From the NCBI GenBank assembly GCA_965203905.1, contig CBDBDQ010000005.1:7721192-7785191 (forward strand): a stretch of DNA of 64,000 bases, written 5' to 3'. The notes beneath the pieces were generated by a model that made no database searches, was not told the DNA's origin, and saw nothing but the letters and a program-made list of their open reading frames with translations. Within the stretch, counting starts at the first letter, position 1, and every line of letters starts with the position of its first letter. A program made the translations under genes and the position numbers. Source of the stretch: Spirochaetia bacterium (GTDB lineage Bacteria > Spirochaetota > Spirochaetia > SZUA-6 > Bin103). Positions 51,827-61,069 of this stretch are shown piece by piece.

Positions 51827-53536
51827 GTGAGCAACGCCAGCCCCTCCCCAGGCCCCGACTCAGCCCCCGAGGCGTCCGACTTCATTCGCAAGGCGATCCG
51901 CGAAGACCTGGCCGCCGGCCGCTTCGACCGCGTGCAGACGCGCTGGCCCCCGGAACCGAACGGCTACATCGGCATCGGCCACGCCAAGGCGATCACCCTC
52001 AACTTCGACGTGGCGCGCGAATTTGGCGGCTTCTGCAGCCTGCGTTTCGACGACACCAACCCGGAACGCGAAAAGCTGGAGTACGTGGAGTCGATCAAGG
52101 AAGACATCCGCTGGCTCGGCTTCGACTGGGGCGAGCACGAGTACTACGCCTCCGACTACTACGAACGCCTGTACGAGCTGGCCGAACAACTGGTCGAGCA
52201 GGGCGACGCCTACGTGGACCGCCTGACGGCACAGCAGATCAGCGAATACCGCGGCGTGCCCACCCGCCCGGGCCGCGAGAGCCCGGACCGCGACCGCCCG
52301 CCGGCCGAGAGCCTCGGCCTGCTGCGCCGCATGCGCGCCGGCGCGTTCGCCGACGGCGCCTACGTGCTGCGCGCCCGCATCGACATGGCCTCTCCCAACC
52401 TGAACCTGCGCGACCCGGTGATGTACCGCATCCGGCGCGCCCGCCACTACCGCACGGGCGACGCCTGGTGCATCTACCCGATGTACGACTGGGCGCACGG
52501 CCAGAGCGACTCGATCGAGGGAGTCACCCACTCGCTGTGTTCGCTGGAGTTCGAGAACAACCGGCCGCTGTACGACTGGTACCTGGACAAGCTGGGCATC
52601 TTCCACTCGCGGCAGATCGAGTTCAACCACCTCAACGTCGCCTACGCCGTGCTGCACAAGCGCATCCTGCGCCGGCTGGTGGCCGACGGCACGGTGCGCG
52701 GCTGGGACGACCCGCGCCTGCTCACGCTGCGCGGCCTGCGCCGGCGCGGCTTTACGCCCAGCTCCATACGCGCCTTCGTGCGCAGCGTGGGCCTGACCAA
52801 GACCACGGTGCTGATCAGCTACGCACAACTGGAGTACTACCTGCGCCAGGAACTGAACCGTACCGCCACCCGGGTGATGGCGGTGCTCGACCCGCTGCGG
52901 GTGGTAATCACCAACTATCCCGAGGGACAGACCGAGCAGGTCGAGGTGGAGAACAACCCCGAAGATCCGGACACCGGCAAACGAACGCTGCCGTTCAGCC
53001 GCGAGCTGTACGTCGAACGCAGCGACTTCATGGAGCAGGCGCCGCGCAAGTTCTTCCGCCTGTCACCGGGCCGCGAGGTGCGCCTGAAGGGCGCCTACTA
53101 CATCACCTGCGACGAGGCGGTGAAGGATGGCGACGGGCGCGTGACGGAGCTGCGCTGCAGTTACGACCCCGCCTCCCGCGGCGGCGGCACCGCGGACGGC
53201 CGCCGGGTACGCGGAACGCTGCACTGGGTGTCGGCCGCGCACGCGCACACCGCCGAGGTGCGCCTGTACGACCACCTGTTCACTACCGAAAACATGAACG
53301 AGGTGGAGCACGACGACCTGGCCCGCCACCTGAACCCCGACTCCGAGGTGATCCTGACCGGCTGCAAGGTGGAGCCGGGCCTGGCGGCGGCGCAGCCCGA
53401 GCAGATCTTCCAGTTCCTGCGCCACGGCTACTTCGTGGCCGACAACCGCGACTCCCGCCGCGGCGCGCCGGTGTTCAACCGCTCGGTCGGCCTGCGCGAC
53501 ACCTGGGCCAAGGTGCAGCGCGCCGCCCGCAACTGA
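51827..53536 (+). CDS. glnS: Glutamine--tRNA ligase
   Basis: RWPPEPNG, RFDDTNP, CIYPMYD, THSLCSLEF, GWDDPR, FFRLSPG. Confidence 0.95.
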   Translation: MSNASPSPGPDSAPEASDFIRKAIREDLAAGRFDRVQTRWPPEPNGYIGIGHAKAITLNFDVAREFGGFCSLRFDDTNPEREKLEYVESIKEDIRWLGFDWGEHEYYASDYYERLYELAEQLVEQGDAYVDRLTAQQISEYRGVPTRPGRESPDRDRPPAESLGLLRRMRAGAFADGAYVLRARIDMASPNLNLRDPVMYRIRRARHYRTGDAWCIYPMYDWAHGQSDSIEGVTHSLCSLEFENNRPLYDWYLDKLGIFHSRQIEFNHLNVAYAVLHKRILRRLVADGTVRGWDDPRLLTLRGLRRRGFTPSSIRAFVRSVGLTKTTVLISYAQLEYYLRQELNRTATRVMAVLDPLRVVITNYPEGQTEQVEVENNPEDPDTGKRTLPFSRELYVERSDFMEQAPRKFFRLSPGREVRLKGAYYITCDEAVKDGDGRVTELRCSYDPASRGGGTADGRRVRGTLHWVSAAHAHTAEVRLYDHLFTTENMNEVEHDDLARHLNPDSEVILTGCKVEPGLAAAQPEQIFQFLRHGYFVADNRDSRRGAPVFNRSVGLRDTWAKVQRAARN

Positions 53537-53595
53537 GGGCCTCGGCCCGATTGCGCTCCCACCGCGCACCTCACGCGGGTGCCTGCTCCGGCCGG

Positions 53596-54135
53596 CTACG
53601 CCGGCAGTTTACGCCAGTCGGTGAGCGCCTGCGCGGTGCTCGGAAACGCCAACTCGTCCCAGGGAATGTCCGCCGGAGCGAACCAGCGCACCTCCAGCGC
53701 TTCGGTACCGGCGCTCGGCGTGCCGGACGCTATCCGCGCACGGTAGACGATGAGCACCACCGCCACGTCGCGCGCCGAGTACACGCCGAGCAGGTTGCCC
53801 ACCGCCACCGTCACGCCCGTCTCCTCGCGCGCCTCCCGCGCGGCCGCCTCCGGCACCGGCTCGCCGCGATCCACGTAGCCGCCGGGAAAGGTCCACAGGC
53901 CGCGCGCCGGAGAGATGGCGCGCCGCAGCAGCAGGATGCCGCCCGCCCGCTCGATCACCGTACCGGCGGCCACCTTGGGATCGGCGTACACCACCTGGCC
54001 GCAGCGCGGGCACACCGGCAGCACCTTGCCCTCCACCGTGCGGCGCTCCAGCCGCGCGGCGCAGCCGCTGCAGAACCGCACCAGCGGCGGTCCGTGGTGG
54101 TGGACGGGAACATGGACGGGAGGTTGATCGCTCAT
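53596..54135 (-). CDS. NUDIX hydrolase with N-terminal zinc ribbon
   Basis: FCSGC...CPRC, PGGYVDRGE...AAAREAREETG. Confidence 0.9.
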   Translation of the reverse strand: MSDQPPVHVPVHHHGPPLVRFCSGCAARLERRTVEGKVLPVCPRCGQVVYADPKVAAGTVIERAGGILLLRRAISPARGLWTFPGGYVDRGEPVPEAAAREAREETGVTVAVGNLLGVYSARDVAVVLIVYRARIASGTPSAGTEALEVRWFAPADIPWDELAFPSTAQALTDWRKLPA

Positions 54136-54359
54136 GGCTCACTTCAAGGTGCGTAGCGTACGCGAGGCGCCCCCGAGGGGCTACCGCCGGGGTTACCTGC
54201 CACAGTCCCGACGGCCGACCAGGTCGAGGTGGGGGGAAATGACCCAACCAGAGGGCCGATTCGCCATCCTGGGACGTTTCGACCCAGCTCGCCGCCGGGA
54301 CCACGCGGAACAGCGGCGGGGAAACGCTCCAGAACGGCCAGAATCTCCCCTCGTCCAAG

Positions 54360-54376
54360 TTGGCACGGTTGCTGCT
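54360..54376 (+). promoter_or_regulatory. Sigma-54 (-24/-12) promoter of hsp20
   Basis: TTGGCACGGTTGCTGCT with GG-N10-GC spacing about 40 bp before start. Confidence 0.65.
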
Positions 54377-54414
54377 TATAGATAAGTGAAGACCGAACTC
54401 ATAGGAGGAACGAC

Positions 54415-54867
54415 ATGAGAAGTCTGGTTACCTATCGACCGTATCGCCCGACAGTGGCGAATTTCGACCGCTGGTTCGACAGCGTGTTTCAGAACTGGGC
54501 ACTGCCCCACGCCGCCGGCGTCGGCATCGGCGCGCCGCACGCACCGCGGGTGGACGTGCAGGAGAAGGCGGATTCCTACCGCCTGGAGGCGGAACTGCCC
54601 GGCCTGACGGAGAAGGACTTCACCGTCAACGTCGAGCACAACCTGCTCACCATCGCGTCCGAGCAGGAGCGGACCGAAGAGCGCGAGGAGAACGGATACG
54701 TGATCCGCGAGCGGCGCGCCGGCGCTTTCCGGCGCTCGTTCACCCTGCCGGAGGAGGTCGACGCCGACCGCATCAGCGCCACCTTCAAGGATGGCCTGCT
54801 GACCCTGACGGTGCCCAAGACCGCCAAGGTGCAGGCGCGGCAAATCGCCGTGAAGAGCGCCGCCTAG
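54415..54867 (+). CDS. Hsp20/alpha-crystallin small heat-shock protein
   Basis: PRVDV, AELPG, RERRAGAFRRSFTLP, DGLLTLTVPK; AGGAGG RBS. Confidence 0.95.
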   Translation: MRSLVTYRPYRPTVANFDRWFDSVFQNWALPHAAGVGIGAPHAPRVDVQEKADSYRLEAELPGLTEKDFTVNVEHNLLTIASEQERTEEREENGYVIRERRAGAFRRSFTLPEEVDADRISATFKDGLLTLTVPKTAKVQARQIAVKSAA

Positions 54868-55053
54868 ACAGCGACTCGCGGCACGCCCCCTATCCGATAG
54901 CAAGCCCCGGCCTCCCGCCGGGGCTCCCTCTCTCGGTGCGCCGTTATGGCACAACGGTTACCTTGAACTTCACCTCAGAGACCGCCTCGCCTGGCACGTC
55001 CGCTACCGGGCGACACGTACATCTCTCGACACCACTCGGTTGATTCCACGCCT

Positions 55054-56028
55054 TCAGTAGCGCAGCAGCCGCCGGGTCGCGCGCACGATGTCGCCGACGC
55101 CGATCAGGTAATGGCGCTCGTGCCGTGGCAGCGGCATCACGATGTCGCTGCCGGTCAGACGCGCGGGCGGTGCCTCCAGGTGCAGGAACGCCTGCTCCCC
55201 GACGGCGGAGGTGAGCTCCGCGCCGACCCCGCACGAACGCGGCCCCTCGTGCACCACCAGCAGGCGTCCGGTCTTGCGCACCGACTCCACCACCAGCGTC
55301 AGATCAGGCGGGTAGATGGTGCGCAGGTCGATCACTTCCACCGACGCTTCGTCCCGAAGCTCGTGGGCGGCGGCGATCGCCTCCTTCATCTGTGCGCCGT
55401 AGGACACGATGGTCACGTCGCGGCCGGCCACCGTCACCCGTGCCCTGCCGAGCGGGATGACGAAGTCGCCGTCGGGGATCTCCTGCCTGGGAGCGTGGTA
55501 GACACGCTTGGGCTCCATGAAGATCACCGGGTCGGGGTCGCGCACCGCGGCGATCAACAGCCCCTTGGCGTCGTGCGGGGTGGACGGAATCACCACCTTG
55601 ATACCCGGCACGTGCGCGAGGATCGCCTCCATGCTCTCGCTGTGATGCTCGGCGGCGTGGACGCCGCCACCGTACGGCATGCGTATCACCAGGGGAGCGC
55701 TGAGGGCGCCCTGGGTACGCGTGCGGATCCGTGCGACGTGGCTGATGATCTGGTTGAATGCCGTCCACAGAAATCCGCTGAACTGGATCTCCACCACCGG
55801 GCGCAGCCCGGCGACCGCCATGCCCAGCGCGCTGCCGACGGCGGTGCTCTCCGCCAGGGGCGTGTCGAAGCAGCGCGCGGCGCCGAACTCCTCCTGCAAG
55901 CCGGCGGTGGCGCGAAACACGCCGCCGTTTACGCCGACGTCTTCGCCGAAGATGATTACCCGCTCGTCGAGCCGCATCACGGTCCGCAGCCCGTCGTTGA
56001 TCGAAGAGACCAGGTTTATCGCGCTCAC
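55054..56028 (-). CDS. pdhB: 2-oxoacid dehydrogenase E1 beta subunit
   Basis: GEDVG..GGVFRAT, FDTPLAE, EIQFSGF, HHSES, IDLRT; substrate not certain. Confidence 0.85.
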   Translation of the reverse strand: MSAINLVSSINDGLRTVMRLDERVIIFGEDVGVNGGVFRATAGLQEEFGAARCFDTPLAESTAVGSALGMAVAGLRPVVEIQFSGFLWTAFNQIISHVARIRTRTQGALSAPLVIRMPYGGGVHAAEHHSESMEAILAHVPGIKVVIPSTPHDAKGLLIAAVRDPDPVIFMEPKRVYHAPRQEIPDGDFVIPLGRARVTVAGRDVTIVSYGAQMKEAIAAAHELRDEASVEVIDLRTIYPPDLTLVVESVRKTGRLLVVHEGPRSCGVGAELTSAVGEQAFLHLEAPPARLTGSDIVMPLPRHERHYLIGVGDIVRATRRLLRY

Positions 56029-56038
56029 CTCGATCCTC

Positions 56039-57094
56039 TCAGGCGCCGGCGCGCAACTCGCGCAGCCGCCCCAACTGGTCCCGCAGGACCGGCGGCATCT
56101 GCGCGAAAGTATGGCGGAAGCCCGCCTCCAGGTCCGGGTCTGGCCCGGACTCCACCTCGTTGAACGCCTCCCGCGCCCGGGTACGCGCTTCAGCCACCAG
56201 CGAGCGGGTGTCCGCCTCCGTCAACAATCCCCGGTCCAGGAGGAGCTGCTGCAGCCGTCTGATCGGGTCATGCGCCTCCCAGGTACGTTCCTCCTCCCGG
56301 GTGCGGTAGCGGCTCGGATCGTCAGTGGTCGTGTGCGCCGCCAACCGGTAGGTGATGCCCTCGATCATGGTCGGACCATCGCCGTCCCGTGCGCGCCGCA
56401 CCGCCTCGCACACCGCCCGATAGACCGCGGTAACGTCGTTGCCGTCTACCTGCACGCCGTCGAATCCGTAGCCTTCCGCCTTGCAGGCGAGCGACTCCGC
56501 CGCGCACTGAGCGTCGCGCGGGGTCGACAGCGCGTACTGGTTGTTCTGGACGTAGAACACGGTCGGCGTCTTCCAGACACCGGCAAAGGTAAGCGCCTCG
56601 TGAAAGTCGCCCTGCGAGGTGGCGCCGTCGCCGCAGTAGCACAGCACCACGCGGTCGCGGCCCAGGTGCCGCTCGGCGAAGGCAAGCCCCACCGCGTGGG
56701 GGAGCTGCGAGCCGATCGGAACGCACACCGGGGCCAGGTGGAAGCGGTCGATGTCCAGCCGGTTGCCCTCCTCGAGACCGTACCAGTACCGGAAGTGAGA
56801 GGTGATCGGCAGCCCGCGCACCAGCAGCGCGCCGAGGTCGCGGTAGGCGTAGACGATCCAGTCGTCGTCGCGCAGCGCCATGGCGCCGCCGACGCTGTTG
56901 GCCTCCTCGCCGACGGCGGGCGGGTAGGTCGGCAACCTGCCCTGCCGCGTGAGGCTGACCGCCCACTCGTCGATGGCCCGGGACTGGATCATCACGCGGA
57001 ACGCGTACAAGAGCTGCTGCTCGGTCATGCCGGAGGCGTCGTTGTGATCGGGAGCCACCACTCCCGCCGAGTCCAGGCGTTGCAACATGGTCAT
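56039..57094 (-). CDS. pdhA: 2-oxoacid dehydrogenase E1 alpha subunit
   Basis: RQGR, YRD, GDGATSQGD...NNQYA TPP motif, VDGND, YRL..HTT.DDP. Confidence 0.85.
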   Translation of the reverse strand: MTMLQRLDSAGVVAPDHNDASGMTEQQLLYAFRVMIQSRAIDEWAVSLTRQGRLPTYPPAVGEEANSVGGAMALRDDDWIVYAYRDLGALLVRGLPITSHFRYWYGLEEGNRLDIDRFHLAPVCVPIGSQLPHAVGLAFAERHLGRDRVVLCYCGDGATSQGDFHEALTFAGVWKTPTVFYVQNNQYALSTPRDAQCAAESLACKAEGYGFDGVQVDGNDVTAVYRAVCEAVRRARDGDGPTMIEGITYRLAAHTTTDDPSRYRTREEERTWEAHDPIRRLQQLLLDRGLLTEADTRSLVAEARTRAREAFNEVESGPDPDLEAGFRHTFAQMPPVLRDQLGRLRELRAGA

Positions 57095-57852
57095 GGGCAA
57101 GTTACGCGCATCTCTGCCGGGCATCGCCCCCACAATTGGGGGACGTGGGGCGCAACACTGCGCGAACCGACTACCGAGTTACATGTCACCGGAAGTAGGC
57201 ACCCCGGGCGACCTGCCACTCGACCACCGGGGCACAGCGCCTCCCTGTCCGGGGCACTCGGCCACGGCCCCGTGCCCCACGCCACGGACAGGACCATACG
57301 CACCAGTTCCACGTTCCGGGAGATGTTCAGCTTGACGTGGATGTTCTTGATCAGCCAACGAACGGAGCTCTCCTTTCGCCCGCTACCGTCGGCGATCTCC
57401 CGGACCGGCACACCTTCCGCCAACGCCGCCGCGACCTGGCTCTCCGCTCGTGTCAGGCCCAGGATGGCAGCCACGCGCTCGGCGTCAATGCGCGGTTTGA
57501 GTGCCGGATCGACAATGAGCGCGACCGCAGCCACGCGGCGCACCGCAAATGCCGGCCCGTGCACGGAAACCGGAGTGACGTGCACCGCCAGTCGCGGCGT
57601 GCCGGGCAACCGCTCGACGGCAATCGAACCGCACACCGAGGCGTCGCCACCGGCGCCCTCCAGAACTCCCGCCACCAGCTCCCCGAGCCGCAGGTCGTCG
57701 TCCGCCAGCCGGGCTCGCAGGTAGCCGGACTCGTCCGACACGCCATCGCCGCGCCCGAGGATGGCACGGGCGCGTGTATTGACCTCCACGATGCGCCGGC
57801 ACCGATCAAGGTAGACCACGCCGACCATGGCGTTCTCCAGCAGCGGGGTCAA
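57091..57852 (-). CDS. PAS plus LuxR-type HTH regulator, N-terminally shortened paralog (possible frameshifted start at 57884)
   Basis: LTRAESQVAAALAEG...VREIA...SVRWLIKNIHVKL; aligns by eye to C-terminal half of 59727-60860. Confidence 0.75.
   Translation of the reverse strand: MTPLLENAMVGVVYLDRCRRIVEVNTRARAILGRGDGVSDESGYLRARLADDDLRLGELVAGVLEGAGGDASVCGSIAVERLPGTPRLAVHVTPVSVHGPAFAVRRVAAVALIVDPALKPRIDAERVAAILGLTRAESQVAAALAEGVPVREIADGSGRKESSVRWLIKNIHVKLNISRNVELVRMVLSVAWGTGPWPSAPDREALCPGGRVAGRPGCLLPVTCNSVVGSRSVAPHVPQLWGRCPAEMRVTCP
57127..57142. promoter_or_regulatory. Palindromic operator-like site 1
   Basis: CCCCCACAATTGGGGG upstream of E1 alpha. Confidence 0.6.
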
Positions 57853-57949
57853 CCGGAACTCCAGGGCGCTTGTGCAGTCGTCATGTCGGTTCTCTACGGC
57901 AAATGGGGATCATGTAGCGCACTCTACTCACCGCACGACGTGCCATTCG

Positions 57950-57965
57950 CCCCCAGAATTGGGGG
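57950..57965. promoter_or_regulatory. Palindromic operator-like site 2
   Basis: CCCCCAGAATTGGGGG upstream of the short LuxR gene. Confidence 0.6.
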
Positions 57966-58180
57966 AACCCAGGTAGTTTCCTCAGCGTCCGGACGGAAAT
58001 TCCGTGCCCCCGAGAGGCAGCAAAGTCGATACACCGGTATCCACCCGCCGGCCGACACGCTTGGAGCAAACCGGGGAGAGGACAGCGTGCTTCCGGCGAA
58101 AACGGAGGCGCGCCGCCAGCGCCGTCAGCGCAGCGGTTGCCGACGCGTATGCCGGCGCCGGCCAGCCAATACGGGCCTCT

Positions 58181-59566
58181 TTATCCTGCGTTCTGCTTCA
58201 GCTTGCCGTACTTTCCGAGTACCGAAACTATGATCCGCGCTCCCTCTTCGATCTCACTCTTACTGTGTCCCGCGGAGATTGCCATGCGGAACCGCGACCG
58301 GCTCTCGGCGACGGCCGGGTATCGGATTGCACTGACGTACACGCCCTTTTCGAACAGCGCATCGGCGATTTCGTAGATTCCCCAGTCGTGGCCAATCATG
58401 ATCGTAATCACCTGTGAAGTGGAACATCCAGTATCCACCCCTCCTTCATGAAGGAGTCCACGCATCAGAGCGGTGTTCGCCCACAGCTTCGCTCGAAGAT
58501 GAGGGTCGGTACGGACTATCTCAAGTGACTTGAGCACTCCGGCGACGATTGCAGGCGGGATAGATCCGGAAAATGCCCACGATGTCCCGAACCCTCTCAG
58601 GTATTCGATGAGCTGCCACGATCCGGCGATGAACCCACCGGAGCCTCCGAGCGACTTCGATGTTGTACCCATGATGATGTCCATGTCGTCATGCACGCCA
58701 AGATGCTCCGCCATCCCGCGCCCGTTCGCCCCATACAGGAAGGCGGAATGCGCTTCGTCGATGAGGATGCGTGCCCCACGGCTCCGGCACACGTCGACGA
58801 TTTCCTGCAGCGTGCCCGTGTCGCCCTCCATGGAATATACGCCCTCAACGGCGACCAGCTTCCTGCCGGTACTCCGGTCAAGCTTGCGCTTGAGGTCGGC
58901 TGCGTCGTTGTGCCGAAAGAGTCGCGGACGGATACCGGCCAGTTGAATCCCGGCCACTATGCTCGCATGCGCAAGCTGATCGGCGACGATCGTATCGCCA
59001 GGTCTCATCAGTCCGGCGATCACGCCAAGATTGGCGCTGTATCCTGTTGGGAATAGTAGAGCGGCCTCCCTCCCCACGAAAGACGCCAAGTCACGCTCAA
59101 GTTGTCCGTGGACGTCCATCATACCCGACAGCCGGGGTGAACCCATGGAGCCAAGTCCGTAACGCTGCATGGCACTGACTGCTGCGCGGACCACCTCCGT
59201 ATGAAACGAGAGCCCGAGGTAGTTGTATGATGCGAAGTTGATCAGGTCTTCGTTCGCTGCTGATTTTTTTGGGTGGTGCACAGCGACGCGTGCGGTAGGC
59301 GCCGAGTGCATCGGCATTCCGTGGTGGTAGAAGCCTCGATCAACACCATGTTCCCACCAGATTCCGAATGGGTCCAAGATGTCGAAAATGTCATCCCCAT
59401 CGCTTGTGTAGAAGTCCTTGTGACTATATTCGTCCAGCGGTCGAGGCCATGTCTCCTGGTAGGGTGGCGGCATTCGACGTTCGCTGATACACTCGCTGTG
59501 TCCGTTGCCGGGTGGCTCGACCAATTCCTGGTTCGTGCCGTCCAGTGAAGACTCTTGAACTTGCAT
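58181..59566 (-). CDS. PLP-dependent alpha-oxoamine synthase (SPT/BioF/Kbl family)
   Basis: NFASYNYLGL, FPTGYSAN, AHAS, FRHND, EGVYSMEG, DEAHS, GTTSKSLG; GGAGG RBS before ATG at 59566. Confidence 0.9.
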   Translation of the reverse strand: MQVQESSLDGTNQELVEPPGNGHSECISERRMPPPYQETWPRPLDEYSHKDFYTSDGDDIFDILDPFGIWWEHGVDRGFYHHGMPMHSAPTARVAVHHPKKSAANEDLINFASYNYLGLSFHTEVVRAAVSAMQRYGLGSMGSPRLSGMMDVHGQLERDLASFVGREAALLFPTGYSANLGVIAGLMRPGDTIVADQLAHASIVAGIQLAGIRPRLFRHNDAADLKRKLDRSTGRKLVAVEGVYSMEGDTGTLQEIVDVCRSRGARILIDEAHSAFLYGANGRGMAEHLGVHDDMDIIMGTTSKSLGGSGGFIAGSWQLIEYLRGFGTSWAFSGSIPPAIVAGVLKSLEIVRTDPHLRAKLWANTALMRGLLHEGGVDTGCSTSQVITIMIGHDWGIYEIADALFEKGVYVSAIRYPAVAESRSRFRMAISAGHSKSEIEEGARIIVSVLGKYGKLKQNAG

Positions 59567-59625
59567 CTGATCGCCCTCCTGTGGGTTGGTGCAACCTAAG
59601 AAACCACTGTTCGGAAAAACAATCG

Positions 59626-59641
59626 CCCCCAAGTTTGGGGG
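59626..59641. promoter_or_regulatory. Palindromic operator-like site 3
   Basis: CCCCCAAGTTTGGGGG upstream of the oxoamine synthase. Confidence 0.6.
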
Positions 59642-59726
59642 GAATTGGGCTTCCGATGTTGTCGAGTGCCGGGCGTGCGTCGAGGATGCTTGTGCCGCGC
59701 CGACATGGGCGAGGCCGGGCGCGGCT

Positions 59727-60860
59727 TCAATGCATGGACAGAATCATTCGGACCAGGTCCGCCTGCCGGGAGATGCCCAGTTTCGCGTGGATCTGTTTGA
59801 CCAGCCAACGCACCGAGCTCTCCGCCCGGAACGTAGACTCCGCTATCTCGCGCACCGAGCTGCCTTCGGCGAGCGCCGCCGCCACCTGACTCTCAGCGCG
59901 CGTAAGGCGGAAGGTCGCCGCTACCAGGTCGACGTCGATCTTCGGCCGGACTCCCGGATCGACCAACAGCACGATCGCCGCCGCGCTGCGGACGCCGAGC
60001 TCCAACGGCTGTACGACTACCGGGTTGACGTGTACCACCAACCGCGGCAGCAGCAGCGAGCGCTCCAACGTGATCGACCCACTGACCGCTTGGCGCCCGT
60101 CTCTCGGCAGGGCATCCGCCAACAACCTCCCCAGCCGCGCATCGTCGGTTGCGACGCTGGCGCGCAGTACGCCGTCCCGATCCGACACCCCATCCCGTCG
60201 CCGGAGGATCTCGTGGGCACGCGTGTTGGCATTGATTATCCGCCCGCGGCGGTCCAGGAACACTACGCCCACCATGGTGTTGTCGAGCAGTTCGCCGAAG
60301 GAGCGTCCCAGGGCCTCGGCGCGGACCAGCGCGTGCCGCACGCGCACGAACTGACGAATGTGCGGGAGCATGCGCTCGATCGTCTCGACGTGGTCGGAGT
60401 CCCAACCGTGGGGATCTACGGGATCGGCCAGACCCATGAGAATCTGCAGTCCGTCCGGCCCGGCCATGCGCACGTTGAACCCTTTCCGGCCCTCGGCCCG
60501 GCGCAACAGGTCGTTGTACGTGTCGGAGGTGGTCAGTTCCGGTTCCTTCAGGAGGTCGGTAACGCGGACCAGTCGTTGGAAGGGTGTCTTCATCAGACGC
60601 GGTATCCGTTCGTCGCGCTCGTAGAAGTTGGCAACGTAATCTCGCCCCAGTTCAGCGGCGGATACGCCGTGGTAGTAGAACTGATCGAACAGCCACTCGG
60701 GCCTGCCCCGGGATTGCGGATCGACGATGATCAGGTGAGCGCCCTTCCATCCGCACGCTTCGTCGACCAGGACCGAAGTATCGCACCAACGCGAATCGCC
60801 GAGCATCGCCTCATGCAACGACTCCACTGCACGATCCATCCTGTCCTGCTGGTCCACCAC
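59727..60860 (-). CDS. Sensor-domain/PAS plus LuxR-type HTH transcriptional regulator
   Basis: N-terminal GAF-like region, LPHIRQ, VVFLD...NANTRA PAS-like, LTRAESQVA...KLGISRQADLV; GGGAGG RBS. Confidence 0.88.
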   Translation of the reverse strand: MVDQQDRMDRAVESLHEAMLGDSRWCDTSVLVDEACGWKGAHLIIVDPQSRGRPEWLFDQFYYHGVSAAELGRDYVANFYERDERIPRLMKTPFQRLVRVTDLLKEPELTTSDTYNDLLRRAEGRKGFNVRMAGPDGLQILMGLADPVDPHGWDSDHVETIERMLPHIRQFVRVRHALVRAEALGRSFGELLDNTMVGVVFLDRRGRIINANTRAHEILRRRDGVSDRDGVLRASVATDDARLGRLLADALPRDGRQAVSGSITLERSLLLPRLVVHVNPVVVQPLELGVRSAAAIVLLVDPGVRPKIDVDLVAATFRLTRAESQVAAALAEGSSVREIAESTFRAESSVRWLVKQIHAKLGISRQADLVRMILSMH

Positions 60861-61069
60861 CGTCCTCCCGAGATACGCCGGCGAGCCTCCGCGGTATAGT
60901 TTCGTTATACCAGGAGCATTCTAACTGGTCGTTTGTTTATTATACGTATCCCCATTTGACCTGCAAGTGCCCGTCCAGTGTCCAGCAATCTCGGTGTACC
61001 ACGCGGTGATGTCCGGCATTGAGGGATAGGCACGCGGCGCCGGAACAGGGCATCGTGGGGAGCACGGAC

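Noticed and set aside
58181-59566. bioF assignment
   Set aside because: No biotin operon context and DEAHS rather than DDAHG; substrate cannot be assigned by eye
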